Source of the DNA: Planctomycetota bacterium
Lineage (GTDB): Bacteria; Planctomycetota; UBA1135; UBA2386
NCBI GenBank assembly: GCA_046290465.1
Contig: JBKAGP010000001.1
Span: 5,408,001 to 5,472,000, forward strand
DNA: 64,000 bases
Reading direction: 5' to 3'
Shown: one piece after another, positions 29,002 to 40,825 of the stretch
Position numbering within the stretch: the stretch's first letter is position 1
Layout of the letters: every line of letters begins with the position of its first letter
Translations under genes and position numbers: made by a program
Notes under the pieces: model-generated
What the model was told of the DNA's origin: nothing
Databases searched by the model: none
The model's input: the letters and a program-made list of their open reading frames with translations, nothing else

Positions 29002-29541
29002 TCAGTTGGTGCGAACGTGGAAGCGGTCGTGACCGGGACTCTCCGACTCGAGCTGCTCCACCTGGATCTCGACCTCGAAGCGGCGTGCCAGGCCCTTCAG
29101 CAGGCCGAGCACCATCGGCGAGAGGCCTTCGCGCTCCGATCGGTAGTGCAGGATGCTCGAGCCGTCGTCGAGCGGTTCGCGCTCGAAGCTCGGCGGGATC
29201 AGCTTCGGCATGGTGCCGCCGATGCGCGCGTGCATCGAGTCGAGGTTCTCGAGGAAGTCCTCGAGCGTGTTGCCCATCATCGCGAGCAGGTCGCCGTAGC
29301 CCTCCTCGATCGTGTAGGCCGTCCAGTACTCGCCGAACGCCTCGAGCACCGCTGCCGGCTCCATCTCGAGTTCCTGCGAGGCGGCCCCGACGAGTGCGTA
29401 GGTGATCGCGTCGTCGTACGCGTCCATGGCCACGAAGTTCGGCTCGCTGATCTCGGCGCGTTCGCAGATGCGCGTCCAGGTCGGCTCTCCGAACTTCTCC
29501 TTGATCAGCCCTTCGACGGCACGATTCACGAGTCCATACAT
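29002..29541 (-). CDS. H-NOX heme nitric-oxide-binding protein
   Basis: MYGLVN start, Y.D..T, FGEYW, proximal His in LDSMHA, PPSF and the YRSER (YxSxR) heme motif. Confidence 0.96.
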   Translation of the reverse strand: MYGLVNRAVEGLIKEKFGEPTWTRICERAEISEPNFVAMDAYDDAITYALVGAASQELEMEPAAVLEAFGEYWTAYTIEEGYGDLLAMMGNTLEDFLENLDSMHARIGGTMPKLIPPSFEREPLDDGSSILHYRSEREGLSPMVLGLLKGLARRFEVEIQVEQLESESPGHDRFHVRTN

Positions 29542-29681
29542 GGTGATCTCGCTATCGGGTTTTCCGTACCGTCGGGTCAAACCGACGATGCGGCGGAGCA
29601 TGGGGGAGTTCCCTAGGCCGGTGTTCGAACAGGCCTAGCCGTGGGCGGTTCCATGCCGCGCAGATCTCGCCGTGGCGGGCC

Positions 29682-30641
29682 TCAGCGCGGCGTCGATTCG
29701 ATCCACATGCGCTGGAGCTGGCGCACGTTGCCCGGCGTGTCGCGGTAGGCGGTGCGGTTGTGCGCGAGCCTGCGGTTGTTGACCCACAGGATCTCGCTGC
29801 GTTCGAGCTGGAACCGCATCACGTTGTCCTCGCTCTCGAGCAGGCGGTCGAGTTCGTCGAGTGCCTCGAGTTGCCGCGGGGCGAGCGGCTGCTCGGCGCG
29901 ACGCTGGCCGGTCTCGATCCAGTAGCGCATGTAGCGGAACAGCAGGCCACCCGGACGGTCGCACAGCTGGAACACCGGGAACCGGTTGCGCAGCAGGTTG
30001 GCGAGGTTCTTCTCGCGGCCGGGCGTGACGACGTCGCGGATCAGCGGACGCTCGAGCAGCGCCGCCAGCTCGGGGGCGCGGTCGCGCAGCTGGTGGTAGG
30101 CGCGCACCGCGTTGCTGACGAGGCTCTCGCCGCCGTTGTGGCTCGGCTGTTCGCACAGCAGGCCGACGAAGTCCGGCACCACGTCGACCGAGCTGCTGTC
30201 GGTATGGAAGCTGGTCTCGGCGTTGGTCATCGAGACCGGGATCGCCTGCTGCTCGTGCGAGCCGCCGCGGTCGACGACCGGGTAGAGCCGGCCGTACTGC
30301 AGCATCGGTTGGCCGAGCGCGCACCCGTAGGCGGTGTAGAAGCAGCGCAGCTGCTCCTCGTCGAGGCCGAGCTGCTCGATGCCTTCGAGCACGACCAGGC
30401 CGCAGCCCGACTCGAGCTCGGTGCGCACCTCGTCGGCGAAGCGGCGCAGCTCGGGCCACTGCTCGGGCTGCCAGGAGAAGTCCGCCGCCGCCGTCCCGGG
30501 AGCCCCCGAGACGAACACCAGGATTTCGTTCGACACCCCGGCCGGCAGGCAGCGTCGCCAGCGAGCGCTACCCTGCAGCTGCGGGGCTGACCAGAGCCAC
30601 TCTGGCTCGAGGGAAGGGATCGGGACGACGGCGGCGGTCAT
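29682..30641 (-). CDS. TauD/TfdA-family Fe(II)/2-oxoglutarate dioxygenase
   Basis: FHTD (HxD), GLLC...GGES and NN...AHNRTAY...R facial-triad and 2OG motifs. Confidence 0.92.
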   Translation of the reverse strand: MTAAVVPIPSLEPEWLWSAPQLQGSARWRRCLPAGVSNEILVFVSGAPGTAAADFSWQPEQWPELRRFADEVRTELESGCGLVVLEGIEQLGLDEEQLRCFYTAYGCALGQPMLQYGRLYPVVDRGGSHEQQAIPVSMTNAETSFHTDSSSVDVVPDFVGLLCEQPSHNGGESLVSNAVRAYHQLRDRAPELAALLERPLIRDVVTPGREKNLANLLRNRFPVFQLCDRPGGLLFRYMRYWIETGQRRAEQPLAPRQLEALDELDRLLESEDNVMRFQLERSEILWVNNRRLAHNRTAYRDTPGNVRQLQRMWIESTPR

Positions 30642-30654
30642 GTGCGAGCTCCGG

Positions 30655-31410
30655 TCACTTCTGGATCTGGAAGGCAAGGTGCAGCGGCAGATCGCGGAGC
30701 GGGCCGAACCACTCGGGGTCCAGCGCCAGGTGCTCCTCGGTCGCGCGCAGTTCGCTCAGCTTGGGCATGCGTTCGAAGCCGGCCGCTGCGAGGCCGGTCA
30801 TGTAGTCCTCGAGCGTCTTGTGCACGCTGCGGACCGGAACGCTCTTGCCGTCGCGGCGCCAGATCTTGCCTTCGAACTGGCGGTCGCGGCCGGAGAAGTA
30901 ACCCTTGCCTTCGGGCTCGAAATAGAACGGGGCGACCTTCTCCCCCAGGAACGCGAGCGACGGGTGCGGCACCGCGAACACGAAGCGCCCACCCGGGCGC
31001 AGCACGCGGTGCACCTCGCGCATCACGTGGCGGGTGCGGTTCAGGTCGATGTAGTTGAACAGGAACACGGCGACGCACAGGTCGCGGCTCTCCGACGCGA
31101 TCTCCGAGAGGTCGCTGGCGTCGCCGGCCGAGTAGGTGATGCCGAGGCCTTCGCGCTGCTCGCGCTGCTGCGCACCGCGGATCATCTCCTCGGAGACGTC
31201 GATGCCGTGGATGCGGCCGGCGCCTCGCTCCTTGAGCTTGCGCGCGAAGTAGCCTTCGCCGCAGCCGAGGTCGAGCACGTCGAGGCCCTTCACCGGCTGG
31301 CACCACTCGAGCAGGAACGGCCGCGCGGTGAAGTCCGACAGCAGGATCGGCTCGGTGCGCTGCCAGTCGTCGCTGGCCTGGTCGTAGAGCTGTTGGGTCG
31401 AGACGCTCAC
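30655..31410 (-). CDS. Class I SAM-dependent methyltransferase
   Basis: VLDLGCGEG, GIDVSEEMI and RVLRPGGRF motifs; GTG start overlaps the upstream stop. Confidence 0.93.
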   Translation of the reverse strand: MSVSTQQLYDQASDDWQRTEPILLSDFTARPFLLEWCQPVKGLDVLDLGCGEGYFARKLKERGAGRIHGIDVSEEMIRGAQQREQREGLGITYSAGDASDLSEIASESRDLCVAVFLFNYIDLNRTRHVMREVHRVLRPGGRFVFAVPHPSLAFLGEKVAPFYFEPEGKGYFSGRDRQFEGKIWRRDGKSVPVRSVHKTLEDYMTGLAAAGFERMPKLSELRATEEHLALDPEWFGPLRDLPLHLAFQIQK

Positions 31411-32240
31411 GCCCGCACCTCCGTCTCGTCGCCGAGGATCGTGCGGTAGAGGTCGTCCCAGAACTCGCAGCGCAGCTGCAGCGCGGTCAGCATGCCGCTG
31501 CGCAGCTCGGCGAATCCGCCCGGCGCCTGCGCCAGGTCCCTGGCGATCTCGAGCAGGTCCTGCTGGTGCTGGTCGTCGACCAGGCAGTGCAGCTCGAAGA
31601 ACACGAACTCGTGGCGGCGCAGCTTGCCCATCGACAGGATGCCTTCGATCAGCTGCTCGTAGACCGGACGCACGATGTGCTCGGTGCCGAGGCCGAGCGC
31701 GCCGACGGCCTGCGCCGGCGTCGCGCGACGCAGGAAGTTCTCGAAGCGCTCGCGCCAGCGGCGCGCGGCGGGGCGCGGCTGCTGCAGTTCGCGGTCGGCG
31801 ATGCCCATCGCGTCACAGAAGCGGCGGAACAGCTTCGGGTGCGGCACGCCCTGCACGGTGCGCGGGTCGATGCCGACCTTGCGCAGCTCGTCGCACTCGT
31901 CCTCGCCGAGATGGCCCTGCTCCTCTTCGAGGTTGTGGGCCAGCAGATGGCGGTGCTCCTCCGACTCGAGGCGCGAGATGACCGCCTTCAGGTAGCGCGG
32001 GAACCAGGCCGCGTAGCCGCTGTATTCGACCGCGTAGGTGCGCAGCGCCGCGACCGGGTCGCGGAACTCGCAGCGCGAGAACCGGGTCAGGAACGGGTGG
32101 TGCACGGCGGGGTGCGCGAGCGACTCCTGGACGAGGGCTTCGACTCCTTCGGGGCGCTGCAGGTCCGTTGCGGGTGCGGTGCTGATCGTGGTCATGGCTG
32201 GCGGCTTCTGGTTTGTGGCGCCATGGGACTGGGCTTCCAT
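31407..32240 (-). CDS. Heme-oxygenase-like diiron oxidase (HDO; CADD/TenA/PqqC-like iron-containing redox enzyme)
   Basis: HPF, NLEEEQG...PH..LF, GTE and FF.LHCLVDDQH provide the E/H/E/H-x3-D-x2-H diiron ligand set. Start is 32240 or 32195. Confidence 0.9.
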   Translation of the reverse strand: MEAQSHGATNQKPPAMTTISTAPATDLQRPEGVEALVQESLAHPAVHHPFLTRFSRCEFRDPVAALRTYAVEYSGYAAWFPRYLKAVISRLESEEHRHLLAHNLEEEQGHLGEDECDELRKVGIDPRTVQGVPHPKLFRRFCDAMGIADRELQQPRPAARRWRERFENFLRRATPAQAVGALGLGTEHIVRPVYEQLIEGILSMGKLRRHEFVFFELHCLVDDQHQQDLLEIARDLAQAPGGFAELRSGMLTALQLRCEFWDDLYRTILGDETEVRA

Positions 32241-32403
32241 GGCTCGGGGCTTCCACGCGCCGTCTCGGGGGGGAATCCGGCGACATCAGCAACTATGCGA
32301 AGACCTTAAGAAGCCGCCCTTGCCACCGCTGGTTCGCGGGTGCGAAGTGCTTGTCGCGAAAGGGGTTTGGAGCAATCTCCGAAAATCGGTCGATAGTCCC
32401 GGG

Positions 32404-34788
32404 ATGAGCCGTCCGCCCCTGCTCCCGGTTGCCCTGTTCGCGATGGTCGCGGTCGCCGGGGCCTGCCTGCTCGCTGGCTGGATCGCGCCGTTCGCCGTCG
32501 CGCCCGATGGGGGCGGCGTCGCCCCTCCGAGGCTGGCGTCGGGGCCCCGGCCCGAGGCCGCGGCCGAGCCGCTGCAGCGCGCGCTCGCCCGGCCGGCGCC
32601 GACGCTGGCCGGTCGCTGCGTCGACTGGGACACGGGCGCGCCGATCCCGGGCAGTGAGGTCGCCGTCGTCGGGGGCGCGTCGGCGTATTCCGACCTGGCC
32701 GGCAACTGGCGCATTGAGTCCGCGGACGATGCGTGGGCGGTGCGCGTCCGCGCGGCTGCGTCCGGCTACCTGCCGGTCGCGCGCACCTTCGACCTGCCGC
32801 ACCGTGCCGCGATCGAGATCCCGCTGCGCCGCGCGGGTCGGGTCGAGGGCCTGCTGCTGCACGCCGATGGCGCCGCACCGGTCGGCGCGGTCGTGCGCCT
32901 CGCCTACCCGTCCGCTGCCGAGCGGAACGACGGCTGGGACGAACCGCACGCTCGGTCCGCGTCGGTCGCCGCCGACGGCACGTTCGGGTTCTTGCGCGGC
33001 GTGCCGCGCGGACCGGTGACGGTGTCGGTCGACGGCGCGGCGCCGCTCATCGGCACGGCCCGACACGTGGTCGAGGCGCACACCTTCCTCGACCTGCGCT
33101 GCCGCGCGGTCGCGATCGGCGAGGTGATCCGCGGCCTGGTGCTCGGTGCCGACGGCGCGCCGGTGCCGGACGCGCTGGTGCACGCCCGCGTCGACGGCAT
33201 GCCGATCGCCGCGGGGCGCACGGACCGCAGCGGTCGGTTCTGCCTGCTCGGCGAACGGCCGCACGACCGTCCGTGCTCCCTGACGGCGACGTGCACGCGC
33301 GGGGCACACCTGCAGGAGGGCCATCTCGACGGGGTCGCATGGGGCAGCGCCGGCGTCACGCTGCAGCTCGAGCCGGGCGGTGCCGTCGCGCTGCACGTGC
33401 ACGACGCCGCCACCGGCCAGCCAATCGAACGCTACGCGGTCCAGTGCGTGCGCGTGTCGGGCGTGCGTTCGGCCCGCGGCGGCGAGCCGCGCGCCGACGG
33501 GCGGCATCCCGGTGGCTGGTCGGCGCTCAGGGGGCTCGCGCCGGGGGACCATCGGCTGGTCGTCTGGCCCGACGATGCGCGATGGTTGCCCAACCTGCCG
33601 ACCGCGTTCGCCGTCGAGGCCGGGTCGCCGCGCGAGCTGCGCCTGGCGCTGCAGCCGGCGCGGCCGTGCCGCGTGCTGGTCGTCGACGGCGCCGACGTGC
33701 CGGTCGTCGGCGCGCGCGTGCAGCTGCTGGTGCCGGGCGAGCACGAGCTGGTGCGCGACCACCGTGACCTTTTGCGCAGCGGCGCCAGCCGCAGCCGCCT
33801 GACGGTGCGGGTCGCGACTGCGGCGACCGGCGCCGACGGCGTGGCGACGTTGCGCTGGTTCGACGATCCCGAGCCGCGCACGCTGCGCGTCGACGGCGGC
33901 GGCGTCGTGCCGTTCGAGATGACGGGCGTGCGGCTGACGCGCGATGGCGTGGTCGTGCGTGCCGCGCCTGCCGGCCTCGTCGACCTCCGGCTTCGCGGCG
34001 TGTCCGGTTGGAACGTCGTCGCGACCGGCGCCGACGGCTCGGTGTCGCCGCCGCCGTGGAGCGGCCCCTGCACGATCGGCGACGATGGCCGCGCGACGCT
34101 GCGCCTGCCGGCCGGGCGCTGGGACCTGAGCGTCACCGCGACGCACCGAGGCCGCCGCCGAACGGTCTCGCTCCGGCAAGGGCTGCGGGTCTGCGCCGGC
34201 GAGCGCGTCGCGGTCGAACGCGACCTGCGCGCCGCGATCGTGCCGGCGACCTGGACCACGCGGGTCCTGTTCGACGGGCAGCCGCTGCGCATCGTCGAAC
34301 TGGAGCGCGGCGAACGCGGCCCGGACGGCGATGTGCGCTCGGTGCACGTCGAACGCGTCGCGCTCGACGAGCATGGCCGCTTCGTCGGTGCGGCGCTGCC
34401 ACCCGGGTGCTACGCGCTGCACGCGCCGTGGACGTGCGCCGGCCAGGACGTGCGCGTGCCGTTGACGGGGTGGGTCGAGCTCGGCCCGGCCGCGCGCCGC
34501 GACGACGACGCGATCCAGGTGGCGACCGGCCGCATCGACCTCGAGCTGGCCAGCCCCGATGGCGGCGTGCCGAGCGGCGGCCTGCTGGTGCTGCGCGGCG
34601 ACCACGGCTGCACGCTGGTCGCGACGCCGGACGACCGCGGCCGGGTGCGCGCGGCGCGCGTGCCCATCGGTCGCTACCGGCTCACCTGGCGCGGCCAGGC
34701 TGCCGTCGTCGACGTCGGAGTGGTCGAGGTCGTCGAGCAGGGTGGCCGCCGGTCGGCGGCCGCGGATCGCCGCATCGTGCCGCTGTGA
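32404..34788 (+). CDS. Membrane-anchored carboxypeptidase-regulatory-like repeat protein (similar architecture to 9066-11579)
   Basis: N-terminal TM; GRCVD, 'VAWG', 'GRHPGG' and repeated G.V...DG.PV..A motifs shared with the 9066 protein. Confidence 0.7.
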   Translation: MSRPPLLPVALFAMVAVAGACLLAGWIAPFAVAPDGGGVAPPRLASGPRPEAAAEPLQRALARPAPTLAGRCVDWDTGAPIPGSEVAVVGGASAYSDLAGNWRIESADDAWAVRVRAAASGYLPVARTFDLPHRAAIEIPLRRAGRVEGLLLHADGAAPVGAVVRLAYPSAAERNDGWDEPHARSASVAADGTFGFLRGVPRGPVTVSVDGAAPLIGTARHVVEAHTFLDLRCRAVAIGEVIRGLVLGADGAPVPDALVHARVDGMPIAAGRTDRSGRFCLLGERPHDRPCSLTATCTRGAHLQEGHLDGVAWGSAGVTLQLEPGGAVALHVHDAATGQPIERYAVQCVRVSGVRSARGGEPRADGRHPGGWSALRGLAPGDHRLVVWPDDARWLPNLPTAFAVEAGSPRELRLALQPARPCRVLVVDGADVPVVGARVQLLVPGEHELVRDHRDLLRSGASRSRLTVRVATAATGADGVATLRWFDDPEPRTLRVDGGGVVPFEMTGVRLTRDGVVVRAAPAGLVDLRLRGVSGWNVVATGADGSVSPPPWSGPCTIGDDGRATLRLPAGRWDLSVTATHRGRRRTVSLRQGLRVCAGERVAVERDLRAAIVPATWTTRVLFDGQPLRIVELERGERGPDGDVRSVHVERVALDEHGRFVGAALPPGCYALHAPWTCAGQDVRVPLTGWVELGPAARRDDDAIQVATGRIDLELASPDGGVPSGGLLVLRGDHGCTLVATPDDRGRVRAARVPIGRYRLTWRGQAAVVDVGVVEVVEQGGRRSAAADRRIVPL

Positions 34789-35047
34789 GCCACGCGCGGC
34801 CGCGGGTCGTGCGGCGGCGATCCTGCGCAAGGGCCTAGGGGTTCTCCGCGTGCTTTAGTACGCGACACGAAGTCGCGGGCTGCGCAGCCGACGCGCGCCA
34901 ACGCCCGCTGGCAGCGGCGTTGCTGCGGTCCCGGATCGAGAACGTGAGCGCCCTGGCGAGCCTCGTCGGCGGCCCTGGCTGCGGGGCCTCACCGATATCC
35001 CAGGTCGCCGGGAGGTTCCGGCAACACCCGGGAGCAGACGCCAGACC

Positions 35048-35383
35048 TTGCACGCGCTTCGAGCCTTGACCCTGGCCTTCGTGGCCATCCTCACCTTCGC
35101 AACCAGCGCTTCGGCGCAGTCGTCGTCGCAGCCGCGACTCGACGTGCCCAAGCTGATGAACGCCGGCAAGTCGGTTTCGATCGGCTACACCAACCCCGCG
35201 ATGGCGGGGCAGACGGTGATCATCGAGGTCGACAACGGCATGCGTCGCGAGACGCAGACCGCCGTCATCGAGATCCACCTCGACGCCAAGGGACGCGGCT
35301 CCGCGACCTGGACCGTGCCGCAGTGGTTCGGCGCGAACTTCAACGCGCCCGAGGCGGCCGAGCAGCACGCGACCATCGTCTGA
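35048..35383 (+). CDS. Small secreted hypothetical protein (Ig-like beta strands)
   Basis: TTG start, signal peptide ending ASA-Q, GGGAG upstream. Confidence 0.65.
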   Translation: MHALRALTLAFVAILTFATSASAQSSSQPRLDVPKLMNAGKSVSIGYTNPAMAGQTVIIEVDNGMRRETQTAVIEIHLDAKGRGSATWTVPQWFGANFNAPEAAEQHATIV

Positions 35384-35398
35384 CCGCGCGCCGTCCGG

Positions 35399-36217
35399 CT
35401 ACCGCTGCGCGAACGCGCGGATGCGCTGCAGCTGCGCCTGGTTCTGCGCCATCAGTTCTTGCGGCTCGCCGGCCGCGGCGATCGCCTTGAGCGCGCGCAC
35501 GCCGTAGACGATCTGCTCGGTCAGCTGGTCGACCGACGAGAGCCGCGCCGACAGGTCGCCGTCGGATGCGAGCGCCTGGCTGCCGAGCAGCTGGTGCTGC
35601 ATCGCGAACGACGAGATCGCAAACGGCTGGTCGTCGTCGACCGCCGCGCGGATCATCGCCAGCCCGCGCTCGGCGCCGGCGGCCATCGCCGGCTCGGCGG
35701 CGACGTCGCGCAGGATGCCGATCGACTCGATCACGTCGAAGTAGACACGGCCCTGCGCCGCGCTGCGCGCGTCGAGGTCCTGCTGCGCATCGGTCAGGAT
35801 CGCGATCGCCTCCTGGAACGGCAGGCTGGTGGTGGTGTGGCGCAGCACCAGGGCGCTGACCGCGATCGCCGTGATCGCGCCGGCGGCCAGCAGGAACTTC
35901 GGCGCCACCAGCAGCGCGGCGGCGGCCGCGAGCAGGCCGCGCCAGCTCGACAGGTCGTGCACCTTCGCCTGCGGCGCTCCGTGCCCGATGCCGGTCGCGT
36001 CGGCGACGGCGGTGACGTCGGCGACGATCGCGTCGACCATCGTGTCGGCCAGCGGCTCGGCCTCACCCTGCTCGTCCAGCTCGGCGAGCAGCTGCTCGGC
36101 GTCGGTCAGCTCGTCGGCCGACGGGGCCTGCGCCTCGTCGGAGGCCTGCTGCAGACGCTGCCAGTACTCGTCGTCGTCGATCAGGTTGCGGTCCACGTTG
36201 CTCGGATCTCGGGTCAT
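35399..36217 (-). CDS. Putative membrane anti-sigma factor / hypothetical protein
   Basis: ATGA overlap with the upstream ECF sigma; acidic N-terminus and central TM segment. Confidence 0.55.
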   Translation of the reverse strand: MTRDPSNVDRNLIDDDEYWQRLQQASDEAQAPSADELTDAEQLLAELDEQGEAEPLADTMVDAIVADVTAVADATGIGHGAPQAKVHDLSSWRGLLAAAAALLVAPKFLLAAGAITAIAVSALVLRHTTTSLPFQEAIAILTDAQQDLDARSAAQGRVYFDVIESIGILRDVAAEPAMAAGAERGLAMIRAAVDDDQPFAISSFAMQHQLLGSQALASDGDLSARLSSVDQLTEQIVYGVRALKAIAAAGEPQELMAQNQAQLQRIRAFAQR

Positions 36218-36846
36218 GCGATCTGGCTCCGTTCGCCGGTGGGTTCGAAGCCGCGTTCGCTCAGTACGCGGCGCAGCGTCTTGCGGGCGGTGTTGCGGGA
36301 CACGTAGATGGAGTTCTTCGACGTGCCGAGCTCGGCAGCCAGTTCGCCGGCGTCGGCGACGCCGCCGCAGCGCAGGTCGGCCTCGATCACGCCGCGCTGC
36401 ACGCGCGGCAGGGCGTCGATGGACTCGCGCAGCGCCAGCAGGAACGGCGACGTCGAAGCTCCGCTCGCGCCGTCGCTCGGCTGGCCGGAGGCCGGCGCCG
36501 CCCGTCGCTCGATGTCCTGGTCCAGGACCTCGGCGCTGCGGCGCTGCCGCTGGCGCAGGATCTCGTTGCCGGCGTTGCGCGCGATCGTGAAGAACCAGGC
36601 GCGCAGCGTGCCCTTGGCGGGGTCGAAGGTGTCGGCCGAACGCCACGCGCTGTAGGAGGCGGTGGAGACGGCTTCGTCGATCTCGATCTGGGTCAGCATG
36701 GTTCCGAACGTCTTCTGCAGCGCCCGCCGCACGGTCCCCCCGTGCACTTCGAGCAGGCAGCGCAGACCGGTTCCGTTCCGCTCACGGAGCTGGCGGGCGA
36801 TCACCTGGTCGTCGACGGGGGTCGTGCTGGGGTTGCTCGAGGGCAT
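36214..36846 (-). CDS. ECF sigma-70 family RNA polymerase sigma factor
   Basis: Region 2 (FDPAKGTLRAWFFTIARN) and region 4 (IDALP...ELAAELG.S...IYV.R..AR..LR). Confidence 0.88.
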   Translation of the reverse strand: MPSSNPSTTPVDDQVIARQLRERNGTGLRCLLEVHGGTVRRALQKTFGTMLTQIEIDEAVSTASYSAWRSADTFDPAKGTLRAWFFTIARNAGNEILRQRQRRSAEVLDQDIERRAAPASGQPSDGASGASTSPFLLALRESIDALPRVQRGVIEADLRCGGVADAGELAAELGTSKNSIYVSRNTARKTLRRVLSERGFEPTGERSQIA

Positions 36847-37005
36847 CGTCCAAGGCCGCAGGGCCTCTTCCATCCGGGACTATGCAGGCACCTTAAACGC
36901 GCGCCCGAAAAACCTTCGGCGTCGCGGGCGCGCCGCCCTGGCCGACGCCGGCCGGCGTGCCCGCATTTGCGTTGCCGGCGCGCGGTCGCCACACTGCTCG
37001 TCCCG

Positions 37006-40157
<3,152 letters not shown>

Positions 40158-40161
<4 letters not shown>

Positions 40162-40709
40162 CTGCGAAGCAGCAGTTCGAACGTCTTGCGCAGGCGTTCT
40201 TGTGCCCGCAGCGACGCCTTCTGTGTGGCGGCGTAGCTGATGCACAGACGCTCGGCTTGTTCGTCGAGAGGGACCTGCTCGCTGTGCATCTGCACCAGTT
40301 CGCGATCGCGATCCGGCAGCGACGCGAGCGCGCGCGTCGCGAGCTGCAACAGCTCGCGCCGCTCGGCGAACGTGCCCGGGCCGGTGCGCGTGCTCGCCGG
40401 GAGCCGGACGCCGGTGCGGCCCTGGGAGACCGTGTAGCGCAGCACCTTGCCCGAGCGCCGCTTCAGCGACGTCCAGTAGTCGTGGCGGTCGGCCAGATGC
40501 GCGCGCGCCAGCGTGAACAGCCAGGCCACGAACTCGGGGTCGCTGCGGTACTCGAACCGGCCGCGTTGCTCGAGCGCGCGGACCTCGATGCCCTGCCGCA
40601 GATCGTCGACGCCTTCGAAGCCGAGCAGGGCGCCTGCGTGGCTTCGTACGAACGCGTTCAGGCGACTGCGGTTGCGGTCGAGCAGGGCTTCGAGGGTGGG
40701 GGGTGGCAT
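40158..40709 (-). CDS. ECF sigma factor (planctomycete kinase-associated type)
   Basis: DDL.Q, F.AWL...AR, GPGT, LASLP.RDRE and A.RL.IS......RA..RL motifs. Confidence 0.8.
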
Positions 40710-40825
40710 GGTGTCATCCGACGGGCGCCGCACGGGTCGCGGTCGCGCAACGATGCGTTCGACCCTTGATGGCCGATTGCATCATAGTCGTTCGCCTCGT
40801 GCTTCCTGCCCGGTAGCGGTCGCCG

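Noticed and set aside
34789..35047. Possible ncRNA/tRNA in this and other intergenic gaps (e.g. 45594-45898, 47321-47593)
   Set aside because: No cloverleaf, T-loop/CCA or recognisable riboswitch consensus was found.
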